A stretch of DNA of 64,000 nucleotides from an uncultured bacterium (GTDB lineage Bacteria > Patescibacteriota > Doudnabacteria > UBA920): contig CAVVMJ010000003.1 of assembly GCA_963749445.1 (NCBI GenBank), positions 715 to 64,714 on the forward strand, given 5' to 3'. Below, one piece after another: positions 18,650-29,166 of the stretch (the stretch's first letter is position 1; each line of letters starts with the position of its first letter). The notes beneath the pieces were generated by a model, which did not search any database, was not told the origin of the DNA, and saw only the letters and a list, made by a program, of their open reading frames with translations. The translations under genes and the position numbers were made by a program.

Positions 18650-21301
18650 TTAGAGCAGCTTAATGTAAGCGCGGGTGGTGTCGTCCAGCTGGCCGGTGGG
18701 TTTTAGGCCGGCATTTTTTTGGAACCTGATTAACGCCGCGCGCGTCCGTGGCCCAAAATAAATTGTTTCATTGCCCGGCGCCCCCGCGCCGTATTTTGCC
18801 AGAATAAAACCTTGGGTATTCAAAAATTGCTGTAAAAACTTAACGTCGTCGCCCTTCATCCCAAATTTTAGATTGCGTGGAAAATTATAAGTCGCCGCGC
18901 TCAAAACCACGGTTGTGGGAGTAGATGAAGAAACCGGAGTGGTGGTTGCGACCGTAGTTGTCGCGACAGGCAATGCAACCGGCGAAAAATAAACAGAACC
19001 GCCGCCGACCGATAATGTTGGTACAACCGATGCGGATGACGATGCGGCCGGCGGGCTGACGATTGTAAAACCCGTTGATTGGACTTCTTCCGCGTTGCCC
19101 ACGCGGTCAGTGGAGTAAAAACTAATTTGATGTTGGCCGACGCCGCTAACGCTAACCGGCGTCGCAGTCGCGTCTAGAAACGTTGAATCAAAAGTGGACG
19201 AAGCCTCCTGCCATTGCCCGCCGTCAAGCTGGTACATAATTTTGTAAATTCCCGATGTCTGGTTTTCCTGCCCGGCGATTATCTGATCGCTCGCCGCCAA
19301 ATCAACCTCCACCCCGCCGACAAAATCCCCGTCCGCGTTTTTATCGCCTAAAACCGTAACCGATGACACCGGCGACAACAAATCCAAAGACTGGTTTTGG
19401 TCCAGCGTGGCGGAAGGAACAATAACACGGTCGTCGCTGGTAAAATTTATTGTCTGGTCGTTAGTAAAATTTAAAGTTAATTCAGCCGTGGATGTCGCGG
19501 TAATAGGCACGCCGCCATAATAAGCGGTACTAACGATTTGTCCGTCAATAATTTTGGATGAATAAAAATCAAAAGTCCCGTTGTCCGTGGCAATAAATTT
19601 AATAGTATAGGTATGCCCCGGCGGTAGGAAAGCAAATTTATCATGATCTAAAACATCATATTGGACTCCGTCAATATTATAATCAAAACTGCCGTCCGGA
19701 TTTAGACCAACATGGTTGCCAAGTTCGTCATAAACTTGCAGATTGACAGGGCTGTGCACGGACACCTGCTCGCCGTCGAAATGGCATTCTGATGAGTCTT
19801 GCGTTATTTTAGTTTCCGGTAAATTATCGCCAGTAATAATGTTCTCAACCTGCTGCCTTATGCCATCGTGGGTAAGCATGGTGCCATGTAACTCATCCGT
19901 ATCCAGAACATAATAATTTTGTGTACCTTTTATATTGCTGGCGGAAATTATTGGCACTGTCCCATCACCGGCCACATAGTTTAGCTTATAATCTCCATTG
20001 CTACCAATTAAAATTTGTCCTACTGTTCCGCTCTGACAACCCATAATGTTGTAAGTTTGCATACCGCTGCCAGAAAAATCCATATTGTCAAAACCCGCAC
20101 TATGAAAAATCCCCGATTGGTCAATCAAATTTGAATTTCCTCCCAGATCCTTTAAGGCCTTTGTTGAGTCGGCAAAATTGTAAACTTGGCCGCCAATTAA
20201 GGAAACGCTAGAGTTTAAACTACCCAAATAACCAGTGGAGTGATTAAAATACTCCTGGCTGGGCAGCATTTGATAAACTGCCGGCATATTTTGACTGATT
20301 TTTTTCATTTCAGCCGGATCAAGTCCGATAAACCATTTTTTTACTCCAAGCGAGTCGCCATAAAGCAACATTTTCGCCGATTGTGGAGCGCCTAAATTCG
20401 GCGTACCAACAAAAACCAATTTGTTGATTTTACCCGCGTATTCCGGATGGTCATAAAGCAAACGTTTGATTAATAATCCACCTTGACTATGAGCGACTAT
20501 ATCAATTTTGCCTGTTGTACTTGAGGCGACAAGCGTATCAATTTCCGGCTTGAGAAAATTATCAGAATTCTTTTTTATATCGTCCCGCCAGTCATAAGGA
20601 AATAAAAATAAATTTGGATTGGTGCTGGTTGAATAGCCTTTAGCAATTAAATCAAACACCAATTGTTTCGAATAATCAAATGTCGGATGAGGTGCTCCTA
20701 AAACTTGTCCTAATGTTAAGCTAGCATCTACTGGGTTGCCGTTTGAATCGAAAGCTAAAGGATCCATAAAACCATCGGACGGCTTTAATATACTTGCCAT
20801 CCTTCCTATATCTGGCCACAAGATTTCACTGCCTTTATCAATTTCCGTTCCCAAAGTGCCTGGGATTATCAATAATGGCGATGTTATTACAGTGGAAACG
20901 TCATTAAAAACGCAAGTTATGGTAACATTGCCATTCAAGCCATCCATTTCCACCCCGTCCTCTATGGGAATAAAATTCCCGTTGCCGTCACTGCTTGAAC
21001 AGTTAACGCTTCGCGTTTTCCAACCGGGCTGATTATCCTCGTAAAATAGATAATCGTTTGTTCGCACATTAATTTCCGAGGATCCTTGTCCTCCAGTCGT
21101 TGTTGTTTGAATCTGAAAGTCCGGGAGCAAATTAAAGCTACTACCATTTTTTCCGTAGCCGTAAAAATTAAAAACTCCGTCGCCGCCAATAGAATTCTTT
21201 ATAACTACCAGCCTTAAACTTGACCACGGAGAAATAACCATCGCGAAAGTTTGCCATGGTAAAAAGGTCAGACAAATTATAACGATTAATTTTTTATACA
21301 C
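18650..21301 (-). CDS. secreted alpha/beta-hydrolase lipase with C-terminal peptidoglycan-binding domain
   Basis: Signal peptide; lipase nucleophile elbow IVAHSQGG; C-terminal PG_binding_1-like LKFGMKGDDVKFLQQFLN...GPRTRAALIRFQKNAGLKPTG. Confidence 0.65.
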   Translation of the reverse strand: MYKKLIVIICLTFLPWQTFAMVISPWSSLRLVVIKNSIGGDGVFNFYGYGKNGSSFNLLPDFQIQTTTTGGQGSSEINVRTNDYLFYEDNQPGWKTRSVNCSSSDGNGNFIPIEDGVEMDGLNGNVTITCVFNDVSTVITSPLLIIPGTLGTEIDKGSEILWPDIGRMASILKPSDGFMDPLAFDSNGNPVDASLTLGQVLGAPHPTFDYSKQLVFDLIAKGYSTSTNPNLFLFPYDWRDDIKKNSDNFLKPEIDTLVASSTTGKIDIVAHSQGGLLIKRLLYDHPEYAGKINKLVFVGTPNLGAPQSAKMLLYGDSLGVKKWFIGLDPAEMKKISQNMPAVYQMLPSQEYFNHSTGYLGSLNSSVSLIGGQVYNFADSTKALKDLGGNSNLIDQSGIFHSAGFDNMDFSGSGMQTYNIMGCQSGTVGQILIGSNGDYKLNYVAGDGTVPIISASNIKGTQNYYVLDTDELHGTMLTHDGIRQQVENIITGDNLPETKITQDSSECHFDGEQVSVHSPVNLQVYDELGNHVGLNPDGSFDYNIDGVQYDVLDHDKFAFLPPGHTYTIKFIATDNGTFDFYSSKIIDGQIVSTAYYGGVPITATSTAELTLNFTNDQTINFTSDDRVIVPSATLDQNQSLDLLSPVSSVTVLGDKNADGDFVGGVEVDLAASDQIIAGQENQTSGIYKIMYQLDGGQWQEASSTFDSTFLDATATPVSVSGVGQHQISFYSTDRVGNAEEVQSTGFTIVSPPAASSSASVVPTLSVGGGSVYFSPVALPVATTTVATTTPVSSSTPTTVVLSAATYNFPRNLKFGMKGDDVKFLQQFLNTQGFILAKYGAGAPGNETIYFGPRTRAALIRFQKNAGLKPTGQLDDTTRAYIKLL

Positions 21302-21313
21302 TTGTTAGAACAA

Positions 21314-21667
21314 TTAAAATGCAACTTGAATTGAAGAAAGACGGTATAAATTCAAAATTAATAAAGAAAAAATAAAAATGATAAAAACAACTATCCAAAG
21401 AGCAACTCTATTCTTAATATTCTTTCTTATTATTATTAAAAAAATCGCCGTGAAGAAAAGGCCAAAAAATTCTAATAATATCAGATTGCTCCATAAGCCA
21501 GCATTACCATAGCTATCTAAAAAATTAGGTCTCCAAACCTGGTAAGATCCATTTTTAAGAGAGCTGACGGTTGCATAATACATTTTGTATGCTGGGCTCC
21601 ACAACACTTCCGGCACCACGAACATTGCCAAAAATATTCCTAACAAAATTCTTTGCAGTTTTGTCAT
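21314..21667 (-). CDS. hypothetical membrane protein
   Basis: 117 aa, three TM helices. Confidence 0.3.
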   Translation of the reverse strand: MTKLQRILLGIFLAMFVVPEVLWSPAYKMYYATVSSLKNGSYQVWRPNFLDSYGNAGLWSNLILLEFFGLFFTAIFLIIIRKNIKNRVALWIVVFIIFIFSLLILNLYRLSSIQVAF

Positions 21668-21749
21668 TTTGTTTCCTTTCGTTTTATAAATTACCCTATC
21701 TTAATAATATCAAACCAAAAACCGCTGTCAATAAGCGGTTTAAACTGGC

Positions 21750-22280
21750 TCATTCCCACCGCTTGAACAAGTTGCTGACAAGCCCGTTTTTTATACTTCT
21801 GTAAATTTTTACACATAACGCACCCAATATATCCGATACAAATATCACAACAAGTAAATTAGAGAATACGATTAAATATAAAATAAGTCTTTTTGAAACA
21901 TCGTAACTATCGTATTGAAAATGGGTAACTAAAATTAGAGGGTATGAGATAAGTAAAAACCCAAAATCCGTAAAGTTAAACCAGCCCGGCTCATAAAACA
22001 AATTAAAAATTGTTGAAACAATGACTAATCCTAAACTTACACCCAGAACAATATAACCAATTTTTGAAAAGAATAGCCGCTTTCCTTCTGCTTTTGGATT
22101 CTTTCGATAAAAAGAATAGACCTGTTGAAAGAAAGGAATGGAAATAAAAGCCAAAACTACTCCCCCACCCAATACTTGCGACATATCCCCGATGGATACC
22201 AAGAACAAAAAAAGCACAAGCGTTATCCAAGCACTCACAATAGTAAAAAACACGTCTTTATAAAGAAAATATTTTCGCAC
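21750..22280 (-). CDS. hypothetical membrane protein
   Basis: 176 aa, multi-pass. Confidence 0.3.
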   Translation of the reverse strand: MRKYFLYKDVFFTIVSAWITLVLFLFLVSIGDMSQVLGGGVVLAFISIPFFQQVYSFYRKNPKAEGKRLFFSKIGYIVLGVSLGLVIVSTIFNLFYEPGWFNFTDFGFLLISYPLILVTHFQYDSYDVSKRLILYLIVFSNLLVVIFVSDILGALCVKIYRSIKNGLVSNLFKRWE

Positions 22281-22334
22281 TGCAAAAAATTATTCAGTTA
22301 ATTTTATATTTGGTTTTTCTTCAAAGTATTTGCC

Positions 22335-22859
22335 TTATTTGGGTAAGGGTAAACCTAATTTTTTTAGTGGCAAATATTCAAAATAGTACTGGCACCCAAC
22401 GGAAATAATATAATCAAGCGTGTCTTTATAAGCTGGATGTTTGAACCAGTCGCTTAAAATGTAAATATATTCAACTTCAATATTAAGAGCTGACATCAGC
22501 TTCTTATATTGCTTCTTTTTAAAATCGCAGGTTTGCAATTTTTCGTCTACCGAACCAGCAACTTTTTGGAATTTCATTTCAATGATGAAGAGCGTGTTAT
22601 TTACAATAACATAAAGCGCCTCATCTGGAAGTAATTTTTTGGAAATTATTTTTTTGTAATCAACCTTCTGCGATTCCAAATATTTGTACAGCCCGTTTTT
22701 CCTGTAGCTTTTTGCCACTTCTTTGCCGTTGAATAAAATTGTATTACCGTGTTGAACCGTGTAACCTTTAGTCTTAGATAAAAGGGTTAAAATATCTATT
22801 TTTCTTTCAAACTTTAAGCCAGTTTGAGTGTTGGCACCACCTTTGCCTTTTTCAATCAT
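22335..22859 (-). CDS. putative type II restriction endonuclease (PD-(D/E)xK)
   Basis: PDEALYVIVNNTLFIIEMKFQK gives a PD...ExK nuclease motif. Lies immediately downstream of, and co-directional with, a DNA methyltransferase. Confidence 0.45.
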   Translation of the reverse strand: MIEKGKGGANTQTGLKFERKIDILTLLSKTKGYTVQHGNTILFNGKEVAKSYRKNGLYKYLESQKVDYKKIISKKLLPDEALYVIVNNTLFIIEMKFQKVAGSVDEKLQTCDFKKKQYKKLMSALNIEVEYIYILSDWFKHPAYKDTLDYIISVGCQYYFEYLPLKKLGLPLPK

Positions 22860-22864
22860 AAAGA

Positions 22865-23816
22865 CTATTTAAACAATTCGGCTTGCTTGACCCCGATCTT
22901 GTTGATTAATTTTATTGTTTTTGAGCTTTCAATTTTTATAGTCGCCTTATTTAGTTCCGCGACTAAAAGTCCAAGCTCATTATATCTTTTTATGGATAAA
23001 TCCAAGTATTTTTTCTCTAGATCCATACCTATAAATTTTCTTTTAAGAGCACTGGCGGCAATGCCGGTGGTGGAACTACCAGTAAATGGATCCAAAATAA
23101 CATCACCCTCATTGGTGCTGGCAAGAATAATTCGCTTGAGCAAATCTATGGGTTTTTGGGTTGGGTGTTTGCCAAACTTTTTTTCAGCGGGTTTTGGCGT
23201 TCCCATTGACCAAACCGAACGCATTTGGAGCCCTGGCTTTTTTAAGCGCATCTTCCGGCCAGGTGCCGTTTTTCATCAAATCATAATTAAAAATATGTTT
23301 TGCCGTTTTGTCTTTTCTTGCCCAAATTAAAGTTTCGTGGCTGGCAGTAAAAAATCGACAACTTAAATTAGGTGAAGCGTTCGGTTTAAACCAAGCAATA
23401 TCATTAAGCACATGAAAACCAGCGACCTGCAAAGCAAAGCCGCATTGATAAATTGAGTGATAAGTTCCACTAATCCAAAGCGTACCCGACGGCTTTAAAA
23501 CTCTTTTGACAGCCTGTATCCATTCAAGGTGGAATTCAAAATCTTTTTTGAGACCATTGCTCTTGTCCCACTCACCTTTATTTACGCTCACTCGCCTTCC
23601 GGCATGAACACTAAACCCGCCATTGGAAAGTAAGTAAGGGGGGTCCGCAAAAACCATATCAACAGAATTTTCAGGCAACTGCTTGAGTATATTTAAACAA
23701 TCAGAGTTATATAAGACAAAATCACTCTGAATAAAATAAGGTTTATCCTGAACCCCAGAAAGGATTTTGGTGTTAGCCTCCATATGCTTTTTTTTAGTTT
23801 TTTTCTTCCTTTTCAT
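22865..23816 (-). CDS. beta-class N4/N6 DNA methyltransferase, split by an apparent single-base frameshift near 23225
   Basis: N-terminal part has DMVFADPPYLLSN (motif IV). C-terminal part has HPTQKPIDLLKRII and VILDPFTGSSTTG (motif I). The two ORFs overlap at 23184-23251 and the junction falls in an A6 run. Confidence 0.8.
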
Positions 23817-23845
23817 ATAGTATACAATCGTTCACCAATTGTCAA
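23817..23845 (-). promoter_or_regulatory. sigma70-like promoter (TTGACA-N17-TACTAT) abutting the methyltransferase start
   Basis: 28 of 30 nt identical to the promoter at 13423-13451. Confidence 0.45.
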
Positions 23846-24406
23846 ATAAATACTTGTGGATAAGTTTTTTGAGGCTCTCTTTTAGCTAATTTTAGCATTT
23901 TTAGGGCGGTTTAACCAATTTTAAAGGCCCGGGTTGGAGCCTTTGGTTTTATTGATGAATGATAGCTGGTTGGTGTCAGGGTTTAAATAGAAATTACCAT
24001 CTGATATGCGTATTTTCAGTTGTCCGATTTTTTCGGGCAACTCACTTACTTCCTCGCAAGCTTTTGGGAATAAGATAAGATACGTAATCTAGAATTTGGT
24101 TTTAGTGTCGGCGCATCCGTTAAGTAAAATTTACCTTCTGGTGTCCGCATTTTCAGGCGGTCACATTTTGTGACGACCTCGCGGCTATCCTGCACAATGA
24201 TTTTCAAACTGTGACATTTTGTCACGGTTTCATTTTTTATAGTTGAGGGCAGTCCTCTGGCGTAAGAGTCCTAAAGCAGAGGGCTGTCCTCAATCTCAAA
24301 ACAATACAATTTTAAAGGCCCGAGTTAGGGGCATGTGGTTTGAATAACGATAGATTTTCTCCCCCGATAATAAGGCCGATAAATCGGCAGACTACGGGGC
24401 ACACTA

Positions 24407-24643
24407 TTATCTGATATCGGTGTCGGGGATGAGGCCTTGCTGGATTAACTCGGAGCGGTGTTTGACGATTTCGGCATCGGTGCCGGTGAACAGGCACATT
24501 TTTCCGCAGCCGCGGCATTTGACTTCCAGGGCGCTGCCGGCATCGCTTAAGAAACCTTTACACAAAAGTTTGTGGCAATCCGGGCAGCGGTATTCCTTTA
24601 AATACTTTGGGTCTATCATATTTCTGCGGCTTCTTGCCGTCAC
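24407..24643 (-). CDS. Mu Com-like zinc-ribbon regulator
   Basis: YRCPDCHKLLCKG...EVKCRGCGKMC fits the Com family (CxxC-KLL...CxRCxK). It lies ~590 bp upstream of, and co-directional with, the methyltransferase. Confidence 0.55.
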   Translation of the reverse strand: MTARSRRNMIDPKYLKEYRCPDCHKLLCKGFLSDAGSALEVKCRGCGKMCLFTGTDAEIVKHRSELIQQGLIPDTDIR

Positions 24644-24889
24644 ATTAAAGGCTGGTTGATGAAAGTATTTTAGCAGATGATAAAGCGGGAATCAAGGGCG
24701 ATAATCATCGGTAAGGGATTGCCGCGTCGCCCCTCGGATGCACTCAGGGCTCCTCGCAATGACGAACGAAATTTGGCAGGCCAATCCACCTCCGCTAAGG
24801 CTACGGCGGACAAGGTGGCCTGTACTGCATCGGGCGGATGGTATCCGCCCCTACATCCGCGCAATCTGCGACATCCGCGTATCCGCAAA

Positions 24890-27795
24890 CTACAATACCT
24901 TTTTCAAATACTGCCCCGTAAAACTCGCTTTGACTTTGACAATGTCTTCGGGCGTGCCCGCGGCCACGAGCTCGCCGCCCTTGTCCCCGCCTTCGGGGCC
25001 AAGGTCTATGACCCAGTCCGCGGTTTTGATAATGTCCAAATTGTGCTCAATCACCACCACGGTGTTGCCCTTTTCCACCAGCTTGTTTAAAACCAAAATC
25101 AATCTTTTAATGTCGGCAAAATGCAGGCCCGTGGTCGGCTCATCCAGCAAATACAAAGTCCGGCCCGTGGCCGCGCGCGAAAGTTCGGTCGCCAGTTTAA
25201 TCCTTTGCGCTTCCCCGCCGCTCAAAGTGGTGGCGTTCTGGCCCAAACACATATAGCCCAAGCCCACCTGGGACAGGGTTTCCAGTTTTTTGTGGATTTG
25301 CGGCAAATTGGCAAAAAACACTTTGGCGTCATCTACTGTCATTTCCAAGACGTCGGAAATATTTTTTTCCTTGTAATGGATTTCCAAAGCCTGTTGGTTG
25401 TAGCGCTTGCCGTGGCACTCGTCGCAGGTAATGTACACATCCGGCAAAAAATTCATTTCCACCTGGATGACGCCGTCGCCCGCGCATTTTTCGCACCGCC
25501 CGCCGCGCACGTTAAAACTGAACCGGCCGGCCCGGTAACCGCGCATCCGCGCCTCGCGCGTGTCGGAAAACAAATCGCGGATCGGCGTAAACAAACCCGT
25601 GTACGTGGCCGGATTGGAACGCGGCGTGCGGCCGATTGGCGATTGGTCAATATTTATAATTTTATCCAAATGTTCCAGCCCCAGAATTTTTTTGTGCTTG
25701 CCCGGCTCTTCCTTGCTGTTAAAAAAATAGTGGTTCAGCGCTTTGGCCAAAATTTCGTTGAGCAAAGTGGATTTGCCGCTGCCGGACACGCCGGTGACGC
25801 AAACAAATTTGCCCAGCGGAATATCCGCGTTAATATTTTTAAGGTTAAATTCCTCGGCTCCCACAATGCTGAGTTTTCTGCCGTTACCCGGGCGGCGCCG
25901 CTTGGGCACTTCTATAAATTCCTTGCCTGCCAAATACTGGCCGGTTAAACTTTTGGCGCTTTTTTGGATTTGCGGCCGGCGTGCCTTGGGCCACCAGTTC
26001 CCCGCCGTGCTTACCCGCGCCCGGCCCAATGTCCACCACCCAGTCCGCCTCGCGGATGGTTTCCTCGTCGTGCTCCACTACGATTACAGTATTACCCAAG
26101 TCGCGCAAATCTTTTAAAGTTTGCAGCAACCGACGGTTGTCGCGCTGATGCAGGCCAATGGAAGGTTCATCCAATATATAGAGCACACCGGTGAGCCCGC
26201 TGCCGATTTGCGTGGCCAGGCGGATGCGCTGCGCTTCCCCGCCGCACAAAGTATCGGCCGTTCGGTCTAAAGACAAATAAGCCAGCCCCACATTCAGCAA
26301 GAACGAAAGCCGCGCATTAATTTCCTTTAAAATCTGTTTGGATATAGTTTGGTCTTTAACGCTTAAGACTTTGGGCAAATTTTTAAAAAATTCCGCGGTT
26401 TGGTCTATGGACAGGTGGGAAACATCCACTATCCCCTCACCGCCCACGGTTACGACCAAAACTTCGGGCTTGAGGCGTTTGCCCAAACAAACCTCGCACT
26501 GGCGGACGCGCATATAATTTTCGATTTCGCTGCGCATAAATTCGGAATCGGTTTCGCTGTAGCGGCGCTGCAAGTTGGGAATGACGCCCTCAAAAGCGGT
26601 ATTCATTTCAAACTGGCCGTCGCGGGTGGAAAATTCGCCGGCCACTTTGACTTTTTTCCCGCCCGTGCCGTACAAAACCACGTCAATAATTTTTTTGGGG
26701 AGATCCTTAACCGGCGTGTTCACGGAAAATCCGTATTCTTTGGCCACGGCTTCTAAAATTCGCGAGTACCAAGACAGGCGCGAAGTGGTTTTGCTCCACG
26801 GGCGGACGGCGCCTTCGGCCAGGGTTAATTTTTGGTTGGGCATAACCAAGTCCGGCTCCACCGTGAGCTTGGTGCCCAGGCCCTTGCACTCCGGGCAGGC
26901 GCCGTGCGGGCTGTTAAAACTAAAATCGCGCGGGTCCAGCTCGTTAAGCGACATATGCCCGTCAGGACAGGCAAAATTTTGGGAGAGGGTGATTTCTTGT
27001 CCCCCTGTAGCGGCATGCCTCGGCATGCCGTCTTGTTTAGGCACGCCACGGCGTGCCTCTACATCAGATGATACCATTTTAATGGCAATCGCCATCCCAT
27101 CGCCCAAATCCAAAGCCTTTTCCAAACTCTCGGCCAACCGCGCCCGGTCTTTTTGGGAAATGATAATTCTGTCCACCACCACGTCTATGGAATGTTTTTT
27201 TTGCTTGTCCAAATTTAGCCCCTGGGCCTCGTTCAAATCCATAACCGTACCGTCCACGCGGACGCGGGCAAAACCTGCTTTTTTGATTTGTTCAAAAATA
27301 TGCTTGTGCTCGCCTTTTTGGTCGCGCACAAACGGCGCCAGGAGCATCAAGCCGGTGCCTTCGGGCAAACTCGAGCAGCTGCTCCACCATGGCCTGCGGG
27401 GTCTGGCCGGAAATTTTTTTACCGCAAACCGGGCAGTGCGGAATGCCGATGCGAGCGTACAATAATCTTAAATAGTCATAAATTTCCGTGACCGTGCCCA
27501 CGGTTGAGCGCGGATTGTGGCTGGCGGATTTTTGGTCAATGGATATTGCCGGGCTCAAACCCTCTATTTTATCCACATCAGGTTTATCCATAAGGCCGAT
27601 GAACTGGCGCGCGTAGGCGGAAAGCGATTCCACATAGCGGCGCTGGCCTTCGGCGTAAATGGTGTCAAACGCCAAAGACGACTTGCCACTGCCCGACAAG
27701 CCGGTTAACACCACTAGCTTGTTGCGCGGCAAATCCACGTCCAAATTTTTTAAATTGTGCATCCGCGCCCCGCGGATGCTTATAATGTCCTTCAT
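24890..27795 (-). CDS. uvrA: excinuclease ABC subunit A (UvrA), broken into three ORFs by two apparent homopolymer frameshifts (~27367 and ~25965), with an in-frame repeat insertion
   Basis: Three consecutive overlapping ORFs carry UvrA N-terminus ([34 protein letters not shown]), middle (Zn-finger, ABC signature) and second ABC domain ([10 protein letters not shown]...[12 protein letters not shown]). The element at 27004-27066 encodes [20 protein letters not shown]. Confidence 0.85.
27004..27066. repeat. palindromic repeat family C inserted in frame in uvrA
   Basis: ggcacgccgtggcgtgcc and ggcatgcc(c)cggcatgcc hairpins. The same element sits in frame in uvrC at 30079-30141. Confidence 0.8.
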
Positions 27796-29166
27796 ACGGC
27801 GCTGATATTACGCTGATTAGTACGCTGATATGTCGCTGAAACGATGAAGAATAAGTTCAGCGTTTGTTCAGCGTACCTATCACCCCTCGGCAATGTTCGG
27901 GGTGACCCTGAGCATTGCCGAATGGGTCAGCGTCCATTCAGCGGATAAAGTAAAAACAGGCTAGTAGCAATTTTACCACGGATGTCAAGAGAATGCAAGA
28001 GCCTAGCCGCGGATCTGCACGCAGATCCGTAGGGGCGGGTTTGTAACCCGCCCTGATTCGGGCTGATAAAAAACCAAAATTTTTGCCTTATATAAAAGCC
28101 AATTTTACATATGTTTGTCAAAATTATATTTTACTTTAAATAAAGCAGATTTAGTTGGACAAAACAAAGACCCGCGCTAGTCCCGAAACAACGTTCGGGG
28201 GCGAGGGTCAGCGAAACAGTCTCAATACGAAGGAGACCACGTCGTAAAAGCCTAAAAAGGCCAAGAACAACAATATGGGGATCACAGCGGGAGACTTTTC
28301 GATGAAGTCCAAAAATTTTGCCCGCCAGCCGCTAATACGAATCACTCCTGGGACCACGGCTCCTCCTTCCTGGACACTACAATCTTCGCTACCGGCTTAA
28401 CCAGCCATAATAGCGAGACACAATGTCCAGTATGGCGACCGCCCCGAGCCCAAGACAGAGGTAGCGCCGGTCTTGGGCTGAGAATCACCTCTTCCGGGAA
28501 TAGTAATACCGCTGATATTTCGGCATTCTTCACCTCCCCCACCAGGTGCAGTAAAGCACCCAACAAACCGTGCCGATCGTAGCCAGCGAAGACCAGAACT
28601 CAGCGGGCGATGACAGGGAAAACCGCTGACCAGCGGCGTAGTCCCTAGTGGCAATGACGCACAACCAGGAGAGACTGGCACCAGCCGCCGCAATCGCCAA
28701 CCAAAACTGTAGTAAGGTCGGCCGGCTGCGCCGGCTTAAAACAAACTGGCCGAGACAAAAGCGGTATACCCGCAATGTGGGCTTGACAAAAACCCGGTGA
28801 GCGAACTCCGCCAGGGCCAGAAAGGTCAGAAACCCCAAATCGGAAAGTTCCTCCAGGGTTCCTGGATCATCAGACGGATCGATGCTGATGAACCTGTTGC
28901 TGACCGGGATATCCCCTTCCCGGCTGCGCCGACTCAAACCGATGGGACTGTTGCCGGATAGAGCATATGGCCACCATCCGGCCTTCCCATGCAATGGGTC
29001 GACGCGCCCGCAAGGGGGCACACGAGAGCTTGTAACCATTAATTAATTCCTCCTTCCGTTGCCCCTAACCGCAGGGCTGTGGAATAAATATATTTTCTGC
29101 GCCTAAAAGATTTTTGTCAACCACATCTCGACACCAAACCGCCTGACGGATATAATTACTTATGAA

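Noticed and set aside
25121-27465. Plus-strand ORFs 25121..25948 (275 aa) and 26575..27465 (296 aa)
   Set aside because: Antisense to uvrA. Low-complexity translations; the uvrA frames have clear family motifs.
28397-28500. Possible TPP riboswitch (GGCTGAGA plus TAATACC motifs)
   Set aside because: Only partial resemblance to the aptamer consensus (GGGGUGCC and ACCUGAUC elements missing). No thiamine gene lies downstream.
28140-29060. RNase P RNA or tmRNA in the GC-rich island
   Set aside because: Could not find the conserved GGAAAGUCCGGGCUCC or GGUAAGAGCGCACC blocks, nor a tmRNA T-arm/CCA end. Left as an unresolved candidate.
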